Shown here: one piece after another, positions 38,107-52,212 of the stretch
Position numbering within the stretch: position 1 is the stretch's first letter
Layout: each line of letters begins with the position of its first letter
Source: Octopus vulgaris
Taxonomy: Eukaryota
DNA: 64,000 nt
Direction: 5' to 3'
NCBI GenBank assembly: GCA_951406725.2
Contig: OX597815.1
Span: 155,744,001 to 155,808,000 of the forward strand
The notes under the pieces: model-generated
Databases searched by the model: none
What the model saw: the letters and a program-made list of their open reading frames with translations, nothing else
What the model was told of the DNA's origin: nothing
Translations under genes and position numbers: made by a program

Positions 38107-39372
38107 CGATGGATGTATGAAAAGTTCTGAGCCTAACCTAGAAATGGAGCTGCTAGGTAGCTGAAACAGCTTTTTTCTGGTAAGTACAGTCTTTTTGGAG
38201 TATTCTTGCTCATTTTCATGATTCTGATATTAATTTTTTTTTGTTACAGATTTTCGAAGAAACAAGGGTCGAGTTTACAAGGAAAACGGAGAAAACTGAG
38301 TATTGTGCTGTCGTAAAGTACCGTCATTTGAAAGGCATGACTCCATCAGAAATCCATGAAAATATGGTGAGAACCTTAACAGACAATGATCCTTGATATG
38401 CAACCGTCAAACACTGGGTAAATGAATTCCAGCATGGCAGGGAGAGTGTGGAAGATGATCCCACACCAGGGAGGCCTCCAGCTGCAACCACTGAGCACAA
38501 CATTGAATTTGCTCTTGGTATGATAATGCAAGATCATCGAATATCATGTTACCAGATAGCTGAGAGACTGGGCATCTCAACTGAAAGAGCAGACATTATT
38601 GTGACAAAAGAATTTGGGTTCTCAAAGGTTTCTGCAAGGTGGGTCCCTTGCCTTTTGACTCCTGAACAGAAACGCACCATGTGTACTTTGTCCACGAGTA
38701 AACTGGAACTGTTTGAAGCCAATGAAGAGAATTTTCTTGCTCGTTTTATTACTATGGACGAAAGTTGGGTTCATCACTACCAGCCTGAAACCAAAGAACA
38801 ATCAAAGCAGTGGAAGCACATCTTCTCCTACTGCAAAGAAGGTCAGGTCATTCCTTCAGCTGGCAAGGTCATGGCATCAGATTCTCAAGGTGTCTTGCTG
38901 ATCGATTACCTTGAAAAGGGCTGTATTATTCTCAGCTACTGTAATGCCTCCAGGAAGCAATCAAAGAAAAAAGGCCAGGAATGCTCACCAGAGGAGTCCG
39001 TTTTCATCACAACAATGCTCCAGCCCACACCGCAGTGGTTGCCATGGCAACAATTCGTGATTGTGGATACGAACTTGTTCCCCATCTGCCTTATTCACCA
39101 GACTTGGCCTCCTCTGACTTTCATCTATTCCCAAAAATGAAAAAAGCCCTGGCTGGTCGCCATTTTGCCACTGACAATGACGTCATAGATACTGTAGGAA
39201 GTTTCTTAAAGTCTCATACAAAAGAGTTCCTCTACGCTGGGATAATGGCACTTCAGGACCACTGGAGAAAGTGTTCAGCCATCAAAGGGTACTATGTTGA
39301 AAAAATAAATCATCAGAAGTCTTGTACTATATTTAGTTTTTTTGAGGCTCAAGACTTTTCAGACACCCCTCG
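38107..39372 (+). mobile_element. Full-length (~1.27 kb) inactive mariner transposon
   Basis: TA duplication at 38105 and 39373; imperfect ~28-bp TIRs cgatggatgtatgaaaagttctgagcct / aggctcaagacttttcagacacccctcg; transposase from about 38286 (start decayed to ACG) with WVPCLL, TMDESWVHHY, HHNNAPAH, PYSPDLASSDFHLF; stop at 38394 plus frameshifts. Confidence 0.95.
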
Positions 39373-40404
39373 TAGTTCATCACCTTTCCTTTTTTTGTGT
39401 TAATAAAGTTATAACTGTATATTGGTCTCTTTATCCATTTACACTATTCATAGGGATATCTTAAAGATAAATGCCCCTATCTTGCTCATGAGATCTTGTC
39501 TATATTTCATTCTGGCCAGCAGATCCAAACAAGTTTGATACCCTTGGTTTAGAGAGTTTATCAAAATGCCTTGTGGTATATAGTTTTAACTCTTTATTTC
39601 TATGTCCAATCTCATCATAGTTAACCTTCTAATTTAACTTATTCCTTCTGGGGTCAATTAAATAAAGTATTACTCATGTACTGGGATTGACTTAATAGGC
39701 TAATCCTTCCGTTCATAATTTCTGGATGAGTGCCTATGTTAGAAATTTAAACATCAGAAAAAATGTGATGTATTTAATTTGGCACTTTGCATTCTGAGTT
39801 CGAATCCTATCAAAGTCAACATTGCTTTTACCTTTTTGAGTTCAATAAAAGGAAGTGTCAACTTAGCTCTGGAATCAAAACTAACCATTTCCATTGAATT
39901 TCTGGTTGTGAGCCTATATTAGAAACAATTATTACATGAAATAGGTTATTTGTTAATTATTTTTAATTTTGTTAGTTATGTTATTTAACAAATTATTTTC
40001 TATACAGTAGGCATTCTAGGATACTTTTGCCCCATTCATTCTTATTAAGGGACAATTTTACTTTACTTTCATCCCTGGCCATTAAATTAGTTAAGAATAT
40101 TTCAGTATAATCTCAGAATCTAGATGAAACTGCAGAAAAAACAAAAACAAAAACAAAACGAAACAAAATACAAAAGAAAGAATAACCCCCAAAACAACAA
40201 CAATAAACAAAAAAACTACATTGTGTCTTTCTATTCACTTATTAATCAATTCAAGCTTACATCAATATTAGAATTCATTTCTTTTTCCTTGAATCTAAAT
40301 TAGCTTAATTGTTTAACCGAATCTGTTGTTGCTTTAGATTCTATTTCTGTATTGGTTCTGAGCAAAATCATTGTAATGCTCTCAGGAATTTGAAATTAAA
40401 CTCG

Positions 40405-40654
40405 ACTTGTTTTAGTCATTTGACTGTGGCCATGCTGGAGCACCACCTTGAAGAATGTTTTAGTTGAATGAACCTACCCCAGTACATATCATCTTTTTCA
40501 AAGCTTGGTCCTTATTTTACCAGTCTCTTTTTGCTGAACTGTTAAGTTACTGGGACTTAAACAAACGGACAGTGGTGGTGGGTCCAAATACAAATACAAA
40601 CACAGACACACAAACATATATGTATATATATGTGTGTATATATATATGTATGTG

Positions 40655-40722
<68 letters not shown>

Positions 40723-40887
40723 TATACAACAGGATTCTTTCAATTTCCATCAACCAAATCCACTCACAAGGCTTTGGTTGGCATGAGGCTATAGTGGAAG
40801 ACATTTGCCCAAGGTGCCATGCTGTGGGATTGAACTCAGAACCGTGTGGTTGGTAAGCAAGCTACTTACCACACAGCCACTCCTGCA
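40405..40887 (-). mobile_element. SINE family A variant
   Basis: Reverse-complement head, microsatellite and tail. Confidence 0.8.
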
Positions 40888-41619
40888 TACATATATATAT
40901 ATATGCACTGCACTGTAATTAATATGATTGTCTTTTCAATAAGATATTAAGGTAGCTTTTTTTTATAGCACACAAGATCATTATTAATGAAATTAATCTG
41001 AGTATATTAGGAAGTTTCCAGTATGTGGTCGTTCAACCTACTGTAAATAACAGCCAAAGTACACTTAAACCACACCTTATCCTTGGCAAAAAGTAGGACA
41101 AATTGGATAATAACAATATTTGATCATAAATCAAGAATGCTTGATCAGAACTGACCTGAGGCTAAACACTACTAACGACAACCTTGGTGTGAATATTTGA
41201 TGTAGAATGGATGATGAGAATGCTGTGAGAAAGAGTCCCACTGGGCTGTTGTCTGTGCAGAGTAATCGTAGAAGTGGCAGACAAGGGAAGATATAGAAAT
41301 AAGTGGTGAGGTTTGCTATCAGTGTGCTGGGCTTCACTGACAAGACGGGAACAAAATACTGAGTGGCAATATTATTACTGTGAGTTCAAATTCCGCCGAG
41401 GTCGACTTTGCCTTTCATCCTCTTGGGGTCAATTAAAGAAGTACCAGTTACGCACTGGGGTCGATATAATCGACTTAATCCGTTTGTCTGTCCTTGTTTG
41501 TCCCCTCTGTGTGTAGCCCCTTGTGGGCAGTAAAGAAATATGATTGTTAAAGCATTGATAAAGGTGATGATGATATTTGCATGGAGATTGTGACTCCATG
41601 TATATCTATCTACTGACAT

Positions 41620-42120
41620 TGAATAGACATACATGGGGACACAATCTGGTCCTTAAGGTCCTCTTCAATGCTACTAAGAACCAAATTGCTCTCATCAGCA
41701 GTGATTAAAAAACCACTGAAGAAACCAGCTAAAGATTTCATTATCTTTGTGCATTCAAGACAGCAGATCCGTTTGAAGAAGAAGAAACTTCCTCTGAATG
41801 ATGAAAAGTGGAACAGCTATTGGGAGGTGGTTGCAGATCTACTGGGGTTCCAAGGATTCTCCCCCATTCCAGTTACAAAGAAGCAAGATATTATGATATG
41901 GTATGAAAGAAAGAAAGTAGTAAATATAGTCAAGTTAACAGTTTCTCATGAAAAATAAATGGACACCGCTCAGGCTTGAAAGATCAATCGTTACATAAAC
42001 CTCCTTTAGGTCTGTGAAGATGCAAATAGCATCATGAGTGATATCCAGACTACAGTGGAGATGGTGAGCCATTGGATCTGGTTAAAAAGAGATGATGAGA
42101 TATGGCTAGAAGAGTATTGA
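41620..42120 (+). mobile_element. Degraded 3' end of an RLE-type (HERO/NeSL-like) non-LTR element
   Basis: RHTWGHNLVLKVL...WEVVADL...KQDIMIWYERKKVVNIVKLTVSHEK*...KINRYINL...EMVSHWIWLKRDDEIW follows the RYTWRHN / RPD / ELTVPWE / ASxWIWxKR pattern. Confidence 0.7.
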
Positions 42121-42769
42121 GAAAAGCCTAATAACCAGTTGATTTAGAAAGCAGGGCCTCATTTCAGTGAGCAGGACTGGTGTACGATGATGCTGTCGAG
42201 AAGTAGGCCCTGAAACAGCATGCATTATCTCCTGATGACCCCCACCCCATAAGCTTGCTAGCATCCAATATTCAACTGATAGCATTCACATCTGCAAATT
42301 GTCTGCAAAATACACACACACACACACACACATCTATCTATCTATCTATCTATCTATATATATATATATATATGTATGTGTATATATATATATATATATA
42401 TATAAATATATAAATATGCATATAAATATATATATATGAATCATCATCATCATCATCGTTTAACGTCCGTTTTCCATGCTAGCATGGGTTGGGCGGTTTG
42501 ACCGGAGTCTGGAAAGCCAGGAGGCTGCACCAGGCTCCAGTCTGATCTGGCAGTGTTTCTACAGCTACATGCCCTTCCTAACACCAACCACTCCGTGAGT
42601 GTAGTGGGTGCATTTTACGTGCCATCGGCACAGAATATATATTTATAAATATATACAGTGAATATAATACATAGTCTTTGGACTAAATTTTTACATGCTA
42701 GGCCATTGGAAATGAAAATTTCTATTAATTTCCATTTCCCTTTGATATGATTAAATCTTATAAGTATAA

Positions 42770-42800
<31 letters not shown>

Positions 42801-42884
42801 TATATATATCAATATATATATATATATTTACATATACATATACATATACATATATATATATATAAACTCTCATAGGTTTAAAAA

Positions 42885-43070
42885 TAATATATAAAGTAAA
42901 TAGTCTTATAAGATGAACAGATATACGAAATGAACAGCTGTATAAGGTAAACAGTGATATAAAGCAAATAGTTTTATGAGAAGATATGTGAATAAGATGA
43001 ATTGTTATACAAGATAATCAAATATATTAAGTAAGCAACTATATAAGGTGAATAGTTATATAATGTGAAT
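42885..43070. repeat. Degenerate ~17-bp minisatellite (tataaggtgaacagtta-like)
   Basis: Recurrent tataag(g/a)t(g/a)aa(c/t)ag units. Confidence 0.6.
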
Positions 43071-46000
43071 TTAAGCAAAATTAAATATGATTCTAATTTT
43101 ACCTTTATTGAACATATAAAAGTGTCACTGTAACATGCTTATAAAGAGTACTGAAAATATGGGGAAATATAAATAGAGCAGAAGTATATAAATAAAACAC
43201 CCTGGATACATGTTCCGTGCTTGTTCATTCACATGCACAGTAATTTTGTTCCTTTTCAAAAGAAACTGTGCGTAGGTGTCCCACCTACACTGCTTCCAGG
43301 CCTACCTATTTGAATATATCAAATATATCTTTTATGATCGCATCAATATTTTGTTTTTGCCTTTTTCTCTTTTAATCTAAATATTTTCCTGCCACTCACA
43401 GTAGAGTAGAAAAGTAAACTGCTAGCAAGCTAATTCTACAAGATACATATATATGATTCTTAATTGTAGCTATTTTATTTTGATTACATTACTAATGCTT
43501 TTGAGATGGAGGAATAGATGGCGGAATAAAAAACTAGTTCATTGATTCTGTTCTCCAAAAACTAGTCTAAAAATCGTAACATTGTTTTCTTTCAGTGCTG
43601 TCTTTTTCTCAGTAGCTGACATTTCTATTGGGGAAATACTTAGAGAATTTTCAAAGAAACATACACTGAGAATGGCTTTCTGCAATATTTTCCATTTCCA
43701 TAGTAGTATTGAACTTAATACACTAATTGTTTAGCATAATGATTGTTCTGTTTAATGAAATGATTATTTATTCACATTATTTTGAATAAATCCTGTATTG
43801 CCTTATAGATTTCAGATTCTTATGAGGTAACTGTTAATTTTAAGAATGATATTGTAGGATAGGCGTGAAGAGCAAGATCTGGCCAGTTTGAACATAAATC
43901 AGGTAGAATATTTTGGCCTGGTATGACTGGCTTAAATGCTAAGGGGTTAAGCTCTTGAGAAGCAAGTCAGTTATACAGGGCTCCCACTGCTTGCAGCGGA
44001 ATACATATACCAACACTATAAGAGTGAGTTAACATTTGTCGGTCTGAATCGGTGAGAGTCTTGACCATAGACACAATAATACTATCTAGAACAACAGTCT
44101 TTGGTTGGCAGTCTGCCACTAAAATTAGTCATTTATCCTTTTGCCTTAGGTATAGGTATTCTTTATTGCATATGAAACGCTGTCCACCAGATCAGTATCT
44201 TATCATTTTAAAATATCTTTCATCCTCACTTACTGCTATCATAGTATTGTTCACTTTTATCTGTCTGCTTCTATTACAGCTTCAATTTTCATTCCACGTT
44301 AATCAATATGTTTCACACAACAATTTTCTGTCTCTAATTAACTAAATTATATGGCAACTTGCTCATTTATTTCTCAATTTCCAACTACAATAAATGGCTA
44401 AACACCTCAATTTTCTTACTAACTCAGTATTTACTGCTTCTGCTTTAAATACACCATCTGAACTGATCTTTATTACATTCACATTACTTTCAATATGCAT
44501 CTACTAATGTATATTTTAAATCCCAAAGGCTGATATTAAAATTGAATTAATCGATTTTTCTATCTCATCTTTCACAAAATAAATGATTATCAACATTTTC
44601 TATCTTAACAAAAGTATTTAGAAGAAATTAAAAAGTTATTTAGTTTCATTTAAATCTATTAAAAAAAAAAAAAGAGAAGAATATGATTATTCTTCAAATT
44701 GTTTTAATATACAGAGAGAGGCAGTTTATATATTTGGGCACAATCACTCAGGCTATATCAGGGAAAATGGATTGTATTCAACATAGTTGCAGTAATTGCT
44801 TACACACATGAAACTCCAAGAAGCTACAGACTGAATCTTTAAATTTATACAAATATAGGAATAGACATGGCTGTGTGGTTAAAAAGCACACTTTGCAACC
44901 ATGTGGCTTTGGGTTCAATTCCAACGTGCATCACCTTGGGCATGTCTCTAACTGTCTTCTATAGCTCTATTTCACTGTGCTTGTGTTGTTCTCATCATCA
45001 TTACTTGACAACTGATGTTAGTTTGTTTGTGTCCCAGTAACTTAGAGATTTGGCAAATGAGACTGATGGAATTAGTACCAGACTTTAAAATAAGTATTAA
45101 GAGTTGATCTGTTTCGCTAAGAATCATTTGAGGCTGTGCCCCAGCATGGCCACGGTCCAATGGCTGAAACTAAGAAAAGATACACAATAATAATCCCTAC
45201 TACATGTAATGAATGTTCTTTTTCTAGTTTGTCTCTATAAATGTAAATGTATATAAACAAATATCCGTTATACCCTTTGCTCAGAGTTTTGTGCTGCTTG
45301 GTGATCTTCAAGTAGCATGAAGAAATTTTTATTAAAAAATATTTATGAATTTATTCCTGATATTTATTATAATAAGGGAACGTAATTTGTACTCCTAGTT
45401 TGTTTCCATGCTTGTTTACATTATATGATTTAGTTGGCTTTTGTTCTGCTGTTGTAATTTACCAGGTCGAACACATGCTACTCTATATAATATCATATCT
45501 CTACCACAGACAGAATCTATTGCAGCATTTCTGAATACTTGTTTGGTTCATTGTCCTTGAGTTGTTGAGCTTTCAGTAATACTGTCCACATATTTGAGGT
45601 TAATCCGTCATTGAATTGCTCTATGAACTTCTATATAAACTATAAAATGCTGAAAATGGTCAATCAAGAAATCTTTAAATCTCTCAAGGTATTCTATAAG
45701 ACTTTCAACTGATGGTCAATTCAATTTTATTATTCTTTGGAGGTAAATAAATTGTTCTCTCTAAAGAAAATTCTAGTGTAAAACTGCATCCTGCTACAAT
45801 TTGGAGCAAGTAAAAATATTCACACTAGCAATACTTTTCAATTCATTCATGCTGTTTAATCTTAACCAAACCTAGGATCAAAGGTGTTATAAGTTTATTT
45901 CTTTCTTCAGACATATCTAGAAATATATTAACCAATGTATCCTTCAATTTTTGGCATGAAATATATTTGACTGTTATTTCTAGCAGATCACAAAATTATG

Positions 46001-48674
46001 TAGGGGCTCCTTCATTCATTATATGAGATATACTAGACTATTTAATGTATCTTCAGGAATCTTCAATCTCATTTCTCTCTCTGGGCCACAGTAGAGAGAG
46101 AGGTGGCTTTATGCTAGATAATGAAAGATTAAAGTAGCAAATCTACTCAGAAAGCTTTGGTCAGCTCTTGGAGTAACCGAACACACTTGCCCAATGTACC
46201 ACTCAGTGAGACTAAATCAGAAATTATGATGTTAGGAAGTAAATATTTAAGCCATGTCTGTTCCTGGGTAGTTTTTTTAGAAATCATTCTACAGCTCACT
46301 TTTGTGGCTACAGTTCTTTCAGCAGTTATCAATTTATTTTATGTTCATCAAATCTACATACTTCATCTTGTTGATCTTGTCAGTATTAATAGAACTTTTC
46401 ATACAATATCTACATTGAAACAGTTCAGTTTCCCACTTTGAATTGGAATATAGAATTTATCAACTTCACCAATGACAATAATTCTGTTGGGAATTTAGAC
46501 TCAACAGTCAAATACCACATAAACAGTTATTAGTTTTACCATCTTATCTACAGAAATTTCAGAATTCCCATGAAGTACTTAAACTCATATTAAAATCAAT
46601 AACAAATCTCATAATTCGCAAAGAAATCATTTCAAATTTGACATGACAATTTCATTAAAATTAATGAAAAATTTTTTAAAGATAAGAAAAAAAGACAAAA
46701 AAGAAACAACATACAATGTGACAGTAATTTTAGTGTTCTAAATTCACATTACTTTTCTCTTATATTTACAAATCTAAAAAGAATTTTATATGAATGCTGA
46801 GAAAAATCATAAGCAACTAAGAAGCAAAGTCTGCAACATTAGTTCAATTTTTAGTTGAACTACTTCATATCTGGAAAAAAAAAACAAAAGAAAAAAAACA
46901 TGAGCCCTGTAATTAACGAATAAAGAAACCAGTATGTATGATGGGGAGAATTATGCACTCTAACTCACTTGCTGTATTTACCCCTCTCTTTTTCTTTCTC
47001 TCTCTCCTCCCCTCCCTCTTTCATTCTTTCTTTCTTTCCACACACCCTCCGTTATTTGTTTGTAGACCTTCATACCCTCCACAGTAAACAGAAAGTTTCC
47101 TTGAAATTTACACCAGTAAGATGCTGGTGAAAATGCTGTTGAATTGAAATGCCAATAGCACACCAAATTTGATAGTACTGTGTTGTGTGCAATTGAAATT
47201 AGTCATAAAGGGACACTACTCTATTATCATCATCATCATTGTAGAAAGGATTATTTGTTCCCAAAATAAAGTGGTGAGCTGGAAAAATTGTTAGATATTA
47301 GAAAAATGCTTTGCATCATTATTTGTTCCACCTCTTTATATTCTGAGTTCAAACCATGCTTTGGTCAACGCTGTGTGGTAAGAAGTTTACTTCCCAACCA
47401 CATGGTTCCTGGTTCAGTCCCACTGTGTGGCAACTTGCACAAGTATCTTATACTATAACCCTGGCTTGACCAAAGCTTTATGAGTAGTTTTGGTAAATGG
47501 AAATTGAAAGAAGCCTGAAGCCTGTTGTATTCTTTTACTTGTTTCAGTCATTTGACTACAGCTATGCTGGAGCACTGCCTTGAAGAGTGCCAGTAAGGCA
47601 ACGCTGTGTGGTAAGATCTTAGATGTACAATACACTCTGTAAAGTGCTTGGCTTTAGGAAAGGCATCCAGTCATAGGAACAATGTCAGCATAGAAACAAC
47701 TACAATACAAAATCCAATAAATAAATGCCTTTTCTGGGGGAATCTTTGATGAAAGTGAAGTAATAGAGCTACTGTGGGGGGGGGGGGGTGCAGTTCTTGG
47801 ATCAAATCCGGTCAAACTGTCGAACATATGTCAACATGGAAGATGAACATTAAAAGATGATAATGAACCTATGGAACCACTGTATTTTGATTACAGTTAT
47901 TGGATGTACTACAAAATATAAATATTTCATTGATTCAAAGGAATAGTCATTAGTGTATTGGACAGAATGTCTTACAGTATTTGTTCCAACTCTGTGCATT
48001 CAGAGTTCAATTCTGGTTCAACACTGGAAAACAATGATGTTTCTTGCAAGCAGTGTGACTGACAGAAGCTATCAGGAGTTAGAAAACCAGTGAGAACAAG
48101 GTTTCCCTCATTTGATCAAAAAATCAACTGACACAAATACCATTGTCATTGACTCTGTGTGGATGATAGATTCTGTGGATGTCCTCTGATGAATGTCATT
48201 ATTCTGTATACACCTGGGGTCACCTATATGATAACATAGAATTCTGTTTTTATTGTTGTTGACTAACTTCCATGATTCCTACTACATCTCTCTATCCTTC
48301 AATGACTCCCTCACACTTAGTCTCCTCGTCAATTGCTCCCTTCCCATCCACTTTGCCTCACACCTTCTGTGTCCATTGTAATGTTAAATAGCCCTTAATA
48401 CTTATTCCCTTTACACAGTCCAACCTATTACCTCTACAACTCTAGCCCTCTCTTCTTTTCTTAACCCTGTCACTAATCCCTTATCTCTCCTCTTTTCCCT
48501 GCCATGCTCCCTGATCCTCTCCTCTTATCATGTGATTTTATGCCCTTAGCCTTGCAATTAATGAAGCAATCATCATTAGTGCTAGTGCTACTAAATAACA
48601 CCCAGTATACCTTGTAAAGTGATCGGCATTAAAAAGTGCATCCAGCCATAAAAACCGTGCCGGAGTAGATATTG

Positions 48675-49129
48675 GGATCTTTTCGGTTTGAACGGCAGTT
48701 TTTTCTAGCGGTGTCATATGAAATTGTCACCCACAATTATGACCCTAGTATCAATCTATTACATTTCAATCTATTTTAGGGTTAGGGTTAGAGTTAGGGT
48801 TAGTTAGGGTTAGGGTTAAGGTTAGGGGTGGGAGAAGGGTATCTTTTTTCTTCTTCAGAAATGTAAATAAACCCAATCTGTTTCTGAAACGAGGGACATT
48901 TTCATATGGCACACAATGTTTTCACCTCAACAGACATCATTGATTGGTTGAAATTGCAGAAATTGAAGAAAAAAAAACCCAACAAATATCTTACAAACTA
49001 TAGAATTTTCTCAATAAAGCCAGGAGAAAAAGATGTTTTATAAAAGCATTCTACCAGTATAAGAAGTTTAAAAGTGTTTAGTTACGTGAAAATTATTTTT
49101 AAAAACTGCCGTTCAAACCGAAAAGAGCC
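48675..49129. mobile_element. 455-bp non-autonomous DNA transposon with ~29-bp TIRs and internal (TTAGGG)n
   Basis: TIR gg(a/c)tcttttcggtttgaacggcagttttt at both ends; GATATTG duplicated at 48668-48674 and 49130-49136; inserted into an old family B copy. Confidence 0.88.
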
Positions 49130-49792
49130 GATATTGGTGCTGGAGACTGTCCTCCAGTTCATCAGTCCTTGTCTAAACATACAGACCATACAAATATGGA
49201 AGCCAAACATTAAATGATGATGATGATGATGATGAAGTCAATCCTACTTGAGCAGAGACCTATGATCAAAAACATTCCTGTATGACCATCTAGCGTTTTC
49301 TTCAGGCATTGTGTATCTAAGACTTAACTGGAGTAGACATTGATAAGAAAACTGTAAAATAAATAAATAAATAAAAAGTACTCAAAAGGGATTTTTCAAA
49401 GTTCCTTATCATATTTGTTCTGCACTGATTTGTGCAAACACTCCCTTGTCACTCTCTGCATTTGAAAATGCAATAAACCTGTGATTGGTCTGCTGGAACA
49501 CTGTAACCAACAACACTATTGTTCAACAATTGCAATACAAAATCCAATAAATAAATGCCTTTCCTGAGGGAATCTTTAATGAAAGTGAAGTAATAGAGAT
49601 CCCCAAGGGAATGTTAGCAATTATAATTAATTACACTGAACTGTATGAGAAACCAGATATAGAATTTCATAATATGGAAGTTTATGTGAGTTATCCGTAT
49701 GAATAATGAGTGGAAAATGAAGCATATTACAATGTAGGCCAACATAACCTGGACATTTCCTCATTGGAGCAATGCTGTTTGGCCAGATTGAA

Positions 49793-49961
49793 GAGGGAGA
49801 AAGAAAGAGAGATAGAGAGAGAGAGAGAGAGAAAGACAGAAAGACAGAGAGAGGGAGAGAGAGAGAGAGAGAAAGACAGAAAGACAGAGAGAGGGAGAGA
49901 GAGACAGAGAGAGGGAGAGAGAGACAGAGAGAGGGAGAGAGAGACAGAGAGACAGAGAGAG
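49793..49961. repeat. GA/GACA compound microsatellite
   Basis: Directly visible. Confidence 0.95.
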
Positions 49962-50866
49962 ATGTTATTGAAAGGTGTTCAGATTATTATGATCTCCTGT
50001 TAATAGCTAACGGAGAGAATGTTCCAGAGTGGGAGATGTATGTAATATATATTATATAAATTGTTCTAAGAACTAATAATACATTTTGATTTTGGCACAA
50101 GGCCAGCAATTTTTGGGGAGAAGGTCTTGTTGATACTATAAAACCCCAATATTTCACTGGTACTTCATTTTACCAAACCTGAAAGGAGGAAAGGAAAAGT
50201 TGACCAAAGCATGGTTTGAACTCAGAATATAAAAGGGTGGAACAAATAATGACGCAAAGCATTTTTCTAATATCTAACAATTTTTCCAGCTCACCACTTT
50301 ATTTTGGGAACAAATTATCCTTTCTCCAAAGGCACAAAGTCTGAAATTTTATAAGACGAGATACATCGATCACATTGTTCAACTAATACTTATTCCATCA
50401 ATTTCCGACAAAAGATGAAAGACAAAGTCAACCTCTGTGGAATATGAACTCAGAACATAAAGATGGACAAAATGCCGCTAAGCATTTTGCCCAGCATTCT
50501 AATGATTCTGCCAGCTCACCATCTCCTAACATAATAACGAGCATAGTGTTTTTATATATTTGTATATGTGAAAGAACATTCGAGCGAAGACATTGCCAGT
50601 GCTGCTGGACTGGCTCCTGTGTAGGTGGCATGTAAAAAAACACTATTTGAGCATGGTCGTTGCCAGTACCACTTGACTGGCACTCATGCCAGTGGCATGT
50701 AAAAGCACCCACTACACTCTCAGAGTGGTTGGCATTAGGAAAGGCTTCCCGCTGTAGAAAATCTGCTAGATCAGATTGGAACCTAGGTTGGACGATTTGA
50801 CAGTCAAATCATCCAACCCATGCTAGCATAGAAAGCGGACGTTAAACGATGATGATGATGATGATA

Positions 50867-51043
50867 GGTGCAGGAGTGGCTGTGTGGTAAGTAACTTGCT
50901 TACCAACCACATGGTTCCAGTTCAGTCCCACTGCATGGCACCTTGGGAAAGTGTCTTCTCCTATAGCCTCGGGCCGACCAAAGCCTTGTGAGTGAACTTG
51001 GTAGACGGAAACTGAAAGAAGCCCGTCGTATATATGCATATGC

Positions 51044-51078
<35 letters not shown>

Positions 51079-51305
51079 CATATATGTTTGTGTGTCTGTG
51101 TTTGTCCCCCCCCCCCCAACATCGCTTGACAACCGATGCTGGTGTGTTTACGCCCCCTTAACTTAGCAGTTCGGCGAAAGAGACCGATAGAATAAGTACT
51201 AGGTTTACAAAGTATAAGTCCCGGGGTCGATTTGCTCGACTAAAGGCGGTGCTCCAGCATGGTCGCAGTCAAATGACCGAAACAAGAAGAAAAGAGTAAA
51301 AGAGT
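50867..51305 (+). mobile_element. SINE family A, left member of inverted pair
   Basis: Full length, little diverged. Confidence 0.88.
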
Positions 51306-51365
51306 ATATATATATTTGTCCAGAATCACGCAGGACGTGGAGGAGGAGAGAAAATAGAAATTCAG

Positions 51366-51791
51366 TACTCTCTTTTTTACTCTCTTTTACTCTCTTTTAC
51401 TTGTTTCAGTCATTTGACTGCGGCCATGCTGGAGCACCGCCTTTAGTCAAACAAATCGACCCCGGGACTTATTCTTTGTAAGCCCAGTACTTATTCTATC
51501 GGTCTCTTTTGCCAAACCGCTAAGTGACAGGGACGTAAACACACCAGCATCGGTTGTCAAGCAATGCTAGGGGGACAAACACAGACACACAAACACACAC
51601 ACACATACATATATATATACATATATACGACAGACTTCTTTCAGTTTCCGTCTACCAAATCCACTCACAAGGCATTGGTCAGCCCGGGGCTATAGCAGAA
51701 GACACTTGCCCATGATGCCACGCAGTGGGACTGGACCCGGAACCATGTGGTTGGTAAACAAGCTACTTACCACACAGCCACTCCTGCGCCT
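51366..51791 (-). mobile_element. SINE family A, right member of inverted pair
   Basis: Full length, little diverged, (AAGAGTAAAAG)-like repeated tail. Confidence 0.88.
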
Positions 51792-52212
51792 AAGGGAGAA
51801 GTAGTGAGAGCAATAGCCATGGTTGAGAGGGACTGAGAGAAGGTAATAGCAATGAGAGAAAGGAAGGGGTGATAGATGAATAAGGAAGGAAAGGGTGCAA
51901 AAAAATCAGCTTTTCAACTCTGTATGAGTATGTGTGTGTATGTGTATGTGTGTACAAGGGAGGTATGTGAATGTTTGTATGTGTGATTATTATGTGCTTT
52001 ATTTTGTACTAAAAGCACCCACTACACTCTTAGAGTGGTTGGCATTGAGAAGGGTATCCAGCTGTAGAGACTCTGCCAGATCAAGCCTGGAGCCCGGTGC
52101 AGCCATCTGGTTCAAATTGTCCAACCCATGCTAGCATGTAAAGCAGACGTTAAACGATGATGATGATGATTTATAAATAAAATACTACAATTAGGTGTCA
52201 TTATTGATAGCA

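Noticed and set aside
44120-44190. Minus-strand peptide RIPIPKAKG resembling an RT N-terminal motif
   Set aside because: Flanked by stops with no further RT motifs; probably chance.
48776-48831. (TTAGGG)n as a true telomere or chromosome fusion site
   Set aside because: Short, imperfect, single orientation and internal to a TIR element.
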